Assembly (NCBI GenBank): GCA_046563655.1
Contig: CM102286.1
Span: forward strand, 62,001-126,000
DNA from: Yuukianura sp. NJ FZ-2021
Taxonomy: Eukaryota
Reading direction: 5' to 3'
Length of the DNA: 64,000 bases
Shown here: piece after piece, positions 1-11,100 of the stretch
Numbering within the stretch: position 1 is the stretch's first letter
How the letters are laid out: each line of letters opens with the position of its first letter
Notes under the pieces: generated by a model
What the model was told of the DNA's origin: nothing
Database searches by the model: none
The model's input: only the letters and a program-made list of their open reading frames with translations
Program-made: the position numbers and the translations under genes

Positions 1-1111
1 AGAGACCCTGGATTCATGACGGGGTGGAAGGGACTCATCCAGATCGAAGCCAAGGACTCCACTGCTGCCATTTTGGTCGTCTTCCTCCTCTTCCTCATCC
101 CCAGGGATCTCGACGTTCTCTTCGGAGGTTCATTCTCAAAATTACACTTTGGAAAAAGGATTCTGACTAAAAACTTTCTTACTCAAAATAAACTTGTGTT
201 CATTTTAGAAATGCCACCAAAAAACCCGGGTGCTTTGTTGGACTGGAAGCATGTCCAGAAGAACTTACCGTGGAGTGCCGTTTTATTGCTTGGTAGGAAC
301 ATCAAAAAAAGTGTATTTCCTCGAATATAAGACGCGTCTTATCTCCGAAATTTCGACAAAAATTTTGAAAAAGAAATTCACTTTCAAAATAGGAACCCTG
401 ACGGAAAAAGAATGTTTTTAACTTTAAACTTTAGGCTTTCGTCCATTATTAGAGTATTTTTGAGAATTTCTGGGTGCGTCTTATACGCAAATGCGTCTTA
501 TAGGCGAGGAAATGGAATAGTTTACATATTTTTCAGTTTTGTTTTTAATTTATTTTGTGATTTAGGTGGTGGGTTTGCGTTGTCGGATGCTGCCGAGGCG
601 TCTGGTTTGTCTGACTGGATTGGAGAGCAGTTGAATGTGCTGCAGCCTCTGCCGCCCTGGTGCATTCTGCTAGTCGTCATGGTCGTCACCACCATCATCA
701 CAGAAGTCACTTCCAACGTCGCCACGGCCAACATCCTCGTCCCCATCCTCATCAGCCTCGTAAGATCAAATACTGCGCACTACTTTCACTTCTAAATCCA
801 AGTTTTCATTTAATTTGTGGTTGAACTAGTCGAGGAAATTAAACTTGCACCCACTCTACCTGTCCATTGCGTGCACCGTCACTTGTTCCTACGCCTTCAT
901 GTTCCCTGTCGCCAGTCCACCCAACGCCATCGTCTTCTCAGCCGGTGACCTCACGATCATGGACATGGTCAAGACTGGAGCATTTCTCAAAGTGCTCTGC
1001 ATGGCAGTCTTCTTCATCCTCAACATCACGTATGGAAATGCTGTCTTCAATTACGACAACTACGTCTACCCAAACACAACCACAACTACACCACCACCCA
1101 TCTTAGCCTAA
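1..1111 (+). CDS. SLC13/Indy-family sodium:dicarboxylate/citrate cotransporter, 3' part (gene starts upstream of the window)
   Basis: Spliced exons (~1-127, ~210-291, ~565-759, ~829-1111) encode LLDWKHVQKNLPWSAVLLLGGGFAL, TEVTSNVATANILVP and SYAFMFPVASPPNAIVFS, which are SLC13 signature segments. Stop TAA at 1109-1111. Confidence 0.9.
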
Positions 1112-1274
1112 CCTTGTTTGTCAGTAGTTAAAGTAATAAAAACTAATAAATCCTTTTGGAGCAAATAGTACAACTGTAGCAAGGACGAAAGTTCATACTC
1201 GCTAAAACGTATTTCCAACGTTCATCCATATTTTTGCTGTATTTATGCAAAAAAATTAAAAATTATAAATGAAA

Positions 1275-1347
1275 TACCCCAGGCAGGACTTGAACCTGCA
1301 ATCTTCGGTTTAGGAGACCGACGCCTTATCCATTAGGCCACGGGGGC
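1275..1347 (-). tRNA. tRNA-Arg (anticodon CCT)
   Basis: Reverse complement is GCCCCCGTGGCCTAATGGATAAGGCGTCGGTCTCCTAAACCGAAGATTGCAGGTTCAAGTCCTGCCTGGGGTA: 73 nt, A box, B box (GGTTCAAGTCC) and a cloverleaf with CCT anticodon. Confidence 0.95.
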
Positions 1348-2296
1348 TTCAAGTAAGCGTCCTGGGTGAAGAATTCCGTTTTGTTGTTTATTCCCAAACC
1401 GGCTTTTTTGTTGTTGGTCAGATGTCGGCAGAAATCACTCAGTTGTTTGTTAAAAATTATTAAATGACGTGCACACTTTATATTTTACTAATATAATTGG
1501 CATAAGTTTGTTAGTATTAATTATTATTATCATTAGTAATAAAAAACTAATTATTAAAGAATTAGTTTAAGAAATTATTATTTTGTAAGAATAATACATA
1601 ATACTAGATTATTGTGTAATACTAATTACCTATTCATCTTACTGCCTATCCATATTTATGAACACGAGCCTGCGAAATCAAATGACACTAAGCCTTGTGA
1701 CCTTTTTTTTTTTCGTAGTTTTTCCTTTTTTTACTAAAAATTAGCAATACGCGACGTTTCCTCTGTTGCCTTTTAAATTAGCTAAAATTTTTAAATTCTT
1801 AAAATACTCGATTTGGGAACGGTTTTAATTTTTTTTATAGGTAGAAGGTTAATAATTGTGATTGTTCGGAAATATTTGGAACTGGATCGTTTTTTATCAG
1901 GTTCTTTCTATGTGTAGTCTTTAGTGCAACAAAATTTCAGCATAAGTTCATGTTATAATAAGCGTTGGTTTTTTTTTAAATTTTAATTCACATTTAATTA
2001 TGAATAGTACATATATAAAAGAAACAGGTAAAGAAACAAGAGAAAAAAGGAAGAAGACAAGAGTGATCAAAGGAATGGAGCGAATGGGAGATAAAAATGC
2101 CGACATCGGTTGAAAGGAGGGAGGATTCTCGTCTCCCTCTTCCTTCTGTCTCCATCAACAAAGCGGAAGTGGAGATCATTTGAGTTGCCGTCACTGATCT
2201 GATATTCTGTTGTTGTGACGACAAGTGTCACCCGGGATGTGTTTCAACCAAGTCAACAACTGAGGTCAACCGATACTTTTATCAATCGTCACCCAA

Positions 2297-4123
2297 ATGG
2301 GGTAAGCAGTCTCTTGTTCTTACTTTACTCTTTTGGTCCAGGGGATCCATTGACAGGACTTTGTAGTACCATCTTGTACACCTATTACTGTACTTGTGGT
2401 TAATCAATTAGTAATTGGGTGTGTTTTGAACATTTATCTGTTCCAGAGAGTCACCGATCTTCACTTGTAAGGCTCATGTGTTCCATATCGATCCGGGAAC
2501 GAAGAGATCATGGCTCCCTGCCTCATCAGTGGCTGTCCCAGTCTCCTTCTTCTACGACTCTTCCAGAGCACTCTACAGAATCATCTCAGTCGAAGGCACA
2601 AAGGTAACCTTATCCAAACCACTTTCATCCATTAAGCCCCGCAATGAACATCAATTCAATATGATAAGCCACAACTCCGCTTTTTATATAAAGTAAGGAA
2701 CGTTTTATTGACGTTTTCCTGTCCATAGGCGGTGATCAACTCCACAGTGACCCCTTCCATGACGTTTACGAAGACGAGTCAGAAGTTTGGTCAGTGGTCT
2801 GACGTGAGGGCGAATACTGTGTATGGACTTGGGTTTCCTTCGGAAGCAGAACTCAACAAGTTCATAGACCAATTTGCCACGGTGAAGGAAGCCACCAAAG
2901 GAAAAGGTGGGACTACAAATGGAAGTGGATCCAGTGGCAGTTCAGCCAACGTTCCCATCCCACCTCCTGAGTCTGGTTCTTACGGCAGAGAAGATGTCAA
3001 CTCCAACGAGGCCAATGCCAATTCAGTGGCTAAAGTGAACTCTTCTGGAAGTAGCCATGGGAGGAGTCAGTCCCTCTCAGCTGTCTCTCCTGGCCCTCCG
3101 ACCACGGAGAGTCCGAAGCATCTCCAGAAACAAAATTCGGATCTGTTCAAAGGACCCCTCAAATACGACACATCAGAATCAGGACTCAAATACGAAAACG
3201 AACGACTTCGACTCGCTCTCTCACAAAGGTACGCTTTACTATGTTTATCTAATAGCTAAAACGGAATCCTAACTTTTTCCTTTTCGTTTTGTTATGCCAA
3301 TGGTTTAGTTGTCTAACTTTTGGTTGGTAATAGGTAGATGCTCAAGTTAGTTTGTAGTTTAGTTACTAAAAGTTAAATTATTAATTCATCGCACAAAACT
3401 AATAAGTGGAAGAAAATGTGTTAATATTTTTGGTTTTGTATTTGTTTTGTGTAGCTGTGCCAATGCTAAGAAATGGGAAGTGGAGCTGGCGACGTTGACG
3501 ACCAATAACAACCGACTAACTGCAGCTCTGACAGAAAGCAAAGCGAATGTGGATCAATGGCAGCGGCAGCTCAGGTAAGGTTCTAAGTTTGACATGAATC
3601 TATCCATTGGAACTGGAAGTTTGAATGTTTTGGTTTCATCTTCATGGTTTCAGTGCCTACAAGGAAGAGAATCAGCGACTGAAGCAGAGGGCGTTGGAGG
3701 CTGAGGCTGCGAGTGGGAGTGCAGATGCTGCACAGGAATTACGCAAAGAGTTGGCCCTTATGCGGGATAAGGTTGATGCAGTTCAGGGACTGCTCAAGAA
3801 CAAAGAAGAAGAACTTCGAGTGCTCAGAGAAAGAACTCCAGAATCTCAGGAACCCCCCAAGGACACTCCATTCGTAAGGATCCACATTCAATTTAAACCA
3901 TAACATAATAAGTTTATTTTCCTGTGGTTTAAAGTCTTGTGCTTTGCAGGAAGTGGAGAGTGTGCGTGGAGCTTTGGCTTCTGCAGAGGCGCAACTGGAG
4001 GCTGCCTTGGGAGCTCAAGAGTCCCAACGCCGTGTTCTGGAAGCACTCAACTCTCAACTGGCAGACAAAATCCAGGAACTGCTCGCAATCCACAGAGAAG
4101 TGAACGTGGCTCTGCAGACATGA
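2297..4123 (+). CDS. homer: Homer scaffold protein (EVH1 domain plus coiled coil)
   Basis: First coding exon is ATGGG|gtaag at 2297-2301, then [23 protein letters not shown]...[24 protein letters not shown] (Homer EVH1). Coiled-coil exons include [13 protein letters not shown]. Ends LQT-TGA at 4121-4123. Confidence 0.95.
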
Positions 4124-5151
4124 ACGAGACTTATCTTCTACCCTGCATCATGGCATTTACTCTTCCCTCAAAAACCAGGTACGAACTGTCTTCACTTTTC
4201 TCCGCTTCCCTGGATTCAATCAACAGAATTCATGGCAACAACATGTCGCTTCCAGTCGTAAATGCCATGCTGCCGAAGGGCTGCTAGAAGTCGAAGGTTG
4301 TTTTGGGTTGTGTTGTACTTGGCCACTTGAAATCGGAACTCTTGGAGTGCCGAATGGTGGACCAGTACTTAGACTAAGTTCGTTTTAAGCCTTTTCAGAG
4401 TTTCATACTCATTCTCGATTTAGAATTGGGCAGTTGTACTGCCTACCTTAAATGACTAATTGCCAAATGTGAGATTTGGAATGGCTGTTAGCCATGACAT
4501 GTGACTGTTATGTTTACTCGTAACCTAGGTTACTTTAGTTGGTTTAGTCTTTTGTGAGTTGTCCACTGTTGAGGACAACGCATGCTTACTTGTCTATTCT
4601 ACAAAAGGATAGCCCAACGTTAGTCAACGGATATTCACTTTCCATTTCTAAAGTTGAAATTAAGGGACTTGATTGGAACTTCCGTTTGAAAAACTAGGTT
4701 CCGTTGGATTATTGACTAGATTAATACGAACAGTAAGTGATTGGTTGTTTAGTTTGTATTTAATCATCATGACGTTAGCCGAGTGACCTCCACTTCCAAA
4801 GTTACTCTCTTGTTGAAATTATGAATCTCAGGCAGCTTCACACGAGACTGCTTTAAGTTGTACGATTATTTATTAATTTATTGTGGCAAATAGGCTGCTC
4901 AACTGTCATTGTATTGTGCAATTGTTCTACTTTGTCCATTTAGTTAGCAGAGTAGCTTTAGATGTAAAATTAAGTTTGAGATTTGGACATTCCATTCCAC
5001 TTGTCATTCCTCCCAGTTCAAAGTAGCTTCCTGATCATACTCAGACATTGAAGTGTCAAAGGTACTTTTTATTTGTCTATTAAAGATAGACTTAGTTTGA
5101 CTAGTTTGAATGGTTGGGTGGGAAGTGGGCGTTGGTCGATTAAGGCTTGTG

Positions 5152-8100
5152 TTATGTTTTGGGGGCGGGTGGAAGTCCCATGTGGAGGGGTTTGGTGGGG
5201 GAGGGTGTAGGCACACTCTTGGAATGTGGCATGGCGGAGTCTGGGCGGAGGAGGTTGGAGGAAGTTCTGCCCAGCACTTTGCTCAGCACCTCCGGAAGTC
5301 CCTCCAGCGCCTCACTCAGTCCCGCCAACTTCTCCTCTATCGTGGACAGGCGATCCTCTAAGTGGTCCTGACGACCCGACAAGTCAGACACGATTTCATA
5401 CACTGTGTTCTGCGTCTGAAATCAAAGGACGTTATACTTGTAGCACAACTTGGTTTCAAATCCACATTTCTCACCGGTTCGGATTCTTTCAAGTCAGGAA
5501 AAAAACACGGAATCCGGATTTTTCGTTTCATTTTAGTTTCATTTTTCATTTTAGGGAATGGACCAATTGGAAAATTCAGGTGGAAAATCGAAAAATTGAG
5601 GATTTCATTAATTTCAGTTGGTCAGCATTTGCTGAACATAATCATCAAGTTTTCTTGGTTTTCGGAATTTAAAATCGACGTTGATGATCATTTCGAAAAA
5701 CGAAACAATTTTCGTATTTGCGGTTTGGTATAAATGCGGTTTGGATCAAAATCCGTGGAAATTCAAAATCCGGATTTGTGAAAAACGGTGAGAATTTCCA
5801 CCGTTGTTGGTCAGAATGTGTTTGTTTGTGGAGTTACCTTGGCCATGTCAGTGATTGTGTTGGCGTTGTCCATTAGTTTCCGTTGGTCCATCTTCACCTT
5901 GCGTAGTCTGCGGAGAAAGAGGCTTTAGAGAAAGTTTTGTAAGTGGGTGTGGTTCTTACGCGTAGATTGCGAGGAGGAACTTTCTTTGGTGAGCTCTGAC
6001 GCGAGAGGGGTTGACTCGTTTGACGAGTTTCGTGTGTTTGTAGATGAGCCACGTCTCACGCAGGACGTTGGCCGCAGAGTTCTTCAGCTACAGCACAAAA
6101 CAAACATTATTTCTGACTTTACTTTAGTCCCGGGTTGCCCAAGTCCTCTTTCCCCGAGAAAGTTATGGGAAAGAGTAGTTGGGAAGCCGGGTGAAGGGGT
6201 ATTTGGGCTCTGACTCTTCTCTGGAGTTGCTTTTGCATGATGAGGATGTGGACCCGTTTCTCTGCCTCGTGCATTGTGAGCTTCTGAATGATGACTGCCA
6301 CCAGGACGGCCATGGTGGCATTGCCCTGTAACAACGCATACCTCTAACCTTGTACTGCAGAGAGCATGCAGAGCACTCTTTGGGGGTTAGTGTGTGAGAA
6401 GAGTCAGAGGAGGGGGGTTACCCTCTTGGTCAGCTGTGTGTCCATCATGAAGTTGTGGACGTGTTTCTCTGCCCGACTCAGCTCCATCTTGCGGGAGACG
6501 ACTGCGACGAGTAGAGCTGTGCACCCAGCGCCCTGTGGATGAGGGGGTTAAGAGTTAGTGGGGGGAAGGGAGTGAGAGCAACTAAGAGTTACCATGAGCC
6601 CAGTGAGAGTGGCGATGCCCCTGCCGCAGCAGGTGGACGGAACAACGTCTCCATACCCAACTGACAGGAACTGAAACGAGGTCAAAGGTCACTCCAATCA
6701 CAAACCACCGCAAAACACATCAGGAACAAGGCATCAGCAATCCAAACACAGCAGCTATGAAATCACGGCAGCCGAAACCGTAGAGCGGCTCAAAACGGCT
6801 CCAACGCTTTCACCGGAAGTGGATTTTTGAATCCTGCTTTCACAGGTAAATTGTAAATTGAAATCCAAAAGGCATCTAACGCACCAGCTTCAGTACATTG
6901 TACCTGTGAAAGCACGATTTAAAAATCAACTTCCGGTGAAAGCATTGCAGCTTTTTTATGGCTCCCATAAGCAGGAAAGACTCAAGCAGTAATTATAAGC
7001 AGTGCAATTATACCAGCAATGATTGCTCCCAAATTAAATTAGGTTGACGTTAATTTTAACTTGACAGAAAATTTCTTAACATAATTTACTATATTTCCAA
7101 GAAAAAAGAAAGTCAACAAAATTTCATTTAACTTCAGAGCAATTTGTGATCTTGTGATGTAATTGCGCTGCCTTAATTAAGTTTCATGTCTTTCCTGTTT
7201 ATATTTTTTCGGCTGCTGTGTTTTCATTACTGATGTGTTTGAATTGCTTATGTTTTTGTTTTGTGTTGCGTTTTGTGGTGATGTTTTTGTGATGTAATGG
7301 GGTGGTTGTGGAAGATGACTTTTGTGTGTACTTACCGTGACAGCAGTGACCCAGAGCCAGTCGACCTGGACATGCTCAGTGTCGTGGTACCTGGAGGAGA
7401 GTGCAATGAATACCATGGCAACCCTCTGACCTTTGACCTCTCCTCTAGTCAGACAGCAGTGTCAGAGCCCCACCCTCCTAATTTACTCCTAATTTACTCC
7501 CGATTCAGAGGAAATGCTTTCTCTTGGGGAAATTGACCTTTCCCCGAAATCCTTGTGTTTAAGCGGGTTTCAGTTGGGTAGGAGTGGTTGTTGTCTCACT
7601 CCCTGGATACTTACCATCATTCCGCAAGTGATGCAGATCCCTCTGCCGCAGTACGTATTGGGCACGATGTCTCCGTAACCTAGGACAGTCTCAGTCATTC
7701 ACTAATAATCTCTCTTTAGTGTCCCACCTACCTATGCACAGAAACGTCACTGCCACCAAGTACAGGCTACAAACACAAACAAACTTTTAGAATCCCTCCC
7801 AAGGACAAGTTAGGGCATTTCCACACCAGCCCAAATGAGAGTCCACTTTCTCTTTTCTAGGAATCTCTTTCGTGGATGCTTGAGTGAAATGAAAGTGGAA
7901 TTTGTAGATGAAAGTTTAGATGTTTGAATTTCAATTTGGGTGTGGTTTTGGCTTGAGTGTGGAAATGCTGAAGTGAAGTAGGGCGTACCTATTGAGGAGG
8001 TTGGCGTGGTTCTCCTCGTCGTGATGCCTTTAAAGAGAAGTAGAGTAACTATTGGGCACAGATGCACACCGATAACCAGAGTAAGCGTACGACACCGACA

Positions 8101-11100
8101 GCAGGAGAGGTGACTTTGTCACTCAAGGGCTCTGACCCTCTGCTCACATGAGGAGGGGGCAAGCAGGGAAAGCACACAGCAGTCCACACAACTCACCTCT
8201 CGCACTGACGCAGAGTCCACGACGCAATCATCCACAGAGACACCATGAACACGAGCAGAACAGTCCCCGGACAGATCGTCATCAACGTCTTCAGCACAAA
8301 CCTAAAACACAATTTACTTTCACTTTCACTTTACACAAAAATACTTTGTCCACCTCCCAATTTACAAAAACAACATTAGACTCCCCTTTTGAATTTTTAA
8401 AGGGACTTTAATGGGGCCTCACTTTTCCACATTCCTTTCCAAACGGGATGCGTGCATTATTGAGTAGGTTCTTTGTGTTTTCCTTATTACCCCGCCCTTA
8501 TTTCCTCCTCTTTGAAAGAGAAAGTGGATGTTTATTTTCCAATTTGTGATGGGAGAGTTGGAATTTGTTGTGTTTGTTCACTTTGTGATTTGGTGAATGG
8601 GTGAAAGGGACTTTACCTTGTGTTGAAGTTGATTCTGTTGAGTGCTCCGATGGACCTGGAGGATGCATCCGTGAAGAGCTTGGAGTGGAGGAGCATCACT
8701 CTGCAGATGAGGTAGAGGCGGAGGAACATGGGCAGACTCAGGGCCACGTCGATCGGTACTTCCTGCAACACAAGAAAGTAGACAGGGTACTTGAACTTAA
8801 GGGATGGGTACTTACCTTGGTGATGGGTTGGGGGTGGAGAGTGTTGGCTAGTTTCGTGGTCCATGTGAAGTAGTAGCGACCAGGGATGGGGTGGACTGCG
8901 CAGATGACGAGTTCCAGGGCAATCTGGGACATGCGCTGCCATGTCATGGCAATCCGCCAGTCGTCTGCACAGTTGTCGATCATAAACAGCTACAAACAAA
9001 GTGGGCATTTGAATAGTGTTGTAAATGCTTCAGGGTCGGGAGGTTTTTTCGTTTCAGTGAAAGAAACTGAAATAAATGAAAAAAACTGAAAAATTGAAAA
9101 AAAAACTGAAAGAAAGTGAAAATTTCGTCTATGTTTTTTTCATTTCACTGAAACAAATTGAAAGAAAGTGAAAGAAATTGAAACATTTCGTTGAAATATT
9201 TCAGCTTATCAGTGAAAGAAATTAAAGAAGCTGAAAAGGTTTGTTCCGTTTCATGTATGTTTCAGTTAATTTCAGTTTTTTTCACTTTTCACTGAAAAGT
9301 GAAATATTTCACTTCTAACACTGCATTTGAATGACCTTGACATTTGGAGGGGGGGGGGGCGATGAGCACAGGAGGGGGGCACTTAACCAGTAGAGAGTAA
9401 CAACGGAATTCCATTGACTCAGTCACTCGCAACAACTTTTTCCATGGCCTCCCACTAATCGACAATTATTGTCGATTTCAGCTGAGAACGGGGGGTAGCG
9501 ATTCGCTAGGGTAATTGTTGATTTCAGCTGAGATCGGGGGTGGCGATTCGCTAGGGTAATTGTCGATTTCAGCTGAGATCGGGGGTGGCGATTCGCTAGG
9601 GTAATTGTCGATTTCAGCTGAGATCGGGGGTGGCGATTCGCTAGGGTAATTGTCGATTTCAGTTGAGATCGGGGGTGGCGATTCGCTAGGGTAATTGTCG
9701 ATTTCAGCTGAGATCGGGGGTGGCGATTCGCTAGGGTAATTGTCGATTTCAGCTGAGATCGGGGGTGGCGATTCACTAGGGTAATTGTCGATTTCAGTTG
9801 AGATCGGGGGTGGCGATTCGCCAGGGTAATTGTCGATTTCAGCTGAGATCGGGGGTGGCGATTCGCTAGGGTAATTGTCGATTTCAGCTGAGATCGGGGG
9901 TGGCGATTCGCTAGGGTAATTGTCGATTTCAGCTGAGATCGGGGGTGGCGATTCGCCAGGGTAATTGTCGATTTCAGTTGAGATCGGGGGTGGCGATTCG
10001 CCAGGGTAATTGTCGATTTCAGTTGAGATCGGGGGTGGCGATTCGCCAGGGTAATTGTCGATTTCAGCTGAGATCGGGGGTGGCGATTCGCTAGGGTAAT
10101 TGTCGATTTCAGCTGAGATCGGGGGTGGCGATTCGCTAGGGTAATTATTCTTGTGCACACTTTTGGCAACTGGTGACGTTTTATTTTGGACGTCCCAAGG
10201 CCAAAATTCCTCTTTCACAGTGTCTCCACTTGGCAATTATCAAGGCTATTCATCGCCGCATGCAAAAAGCTATGCTACTGACACTGGCATGACACTAGTT
10301 AGTGACATCTATTGAAAATTAGCAATAATTGACACATTTTATGAGTTAGGGTTAGGAATGTTGGAGTTTGAGTAGTGAAAGTAGTGTGGCTAACCTGGAC
10401 TTCGAGGGCGTGATATGCAACGATCAGTCCCACCAAAATCAACGTGGACACTGAAATGAGTGTCTTGATCGCTGTAGAGTAGAAAGACGTCTAAGGAATC
10501 ACAGAATCAAACAAACTCGTTTTAGTTTTTAAAGGAACATGCAATTTTGATGTTGTTTAGGCGGAATGAATCCGAACCCGGTGTAAAACTTTGTAAGACA
10601 AGGAAAAGGTTAGTGAATTGATTGTGTTTGACTAGAATGAATTTCTCCCCTTGACCTCTCATGGCCATCTTGTCTGAATTATGGAGTGACAACTCAAGGT
10701 CACGCATGGACTCTTCATTTGGTGGAGTGAAGGACAATGGTGGCTCAATTGCCCCACTTTCATCAACTCCTTCTCTCAATAATTCACACCTCCAACTCTC
10801 TCCTGCACAAACTGCCCATTCACAATATTTCTCCACTCCAATCCCCGTTTTCAATTACTCTTCTCTACTTTCATTCGTGAGAATGAGTCAGTGGAGAGTG
10901 AGTTATTTGGAGAAAGTGGATGTTTCATCATTCCATCGTCCTCTATTGATTGACTGTCACATCAACTCCACCAATCCCATCGCTTTCTCCAGTCTAAATG
11001 TCACCCAATTCTCCACTAACCCAACTTCCAACTACTAAAATTGGACATTTCCAATTTCTCAACTCCCCTTTGTCCACTTCATTCAATTCACCGATGTTGA

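Noticed and set aside
3229..3259. Homer intron read-through giving a short Homer1a-like isoform
   Set aside because: Any retained intron gives such a stop, and I see no clear intronic polyadenylation signal.
5449..5810. ORFs 5226-5672 and 5362-5733 and a possible MITE in the last SK intron
   Set aside because: The ORFs are antisense, low-complexity intron sequence. The inverted ends (ttctcaccg / cggtgagaa) are too short to define an element confidently.
9030..9325. (tgaaa/tttca)-rich quasi-palindromic stretch
   Set aside because: Probably a decayed MITE or simple repeat, with no definable termini or TSD.
9423..10236. 248-aa and 252-aa repetitive ORFs
   Set aside because: They are by-products of a 45-bp minisatellite in an intron, with no supporting gene structure.
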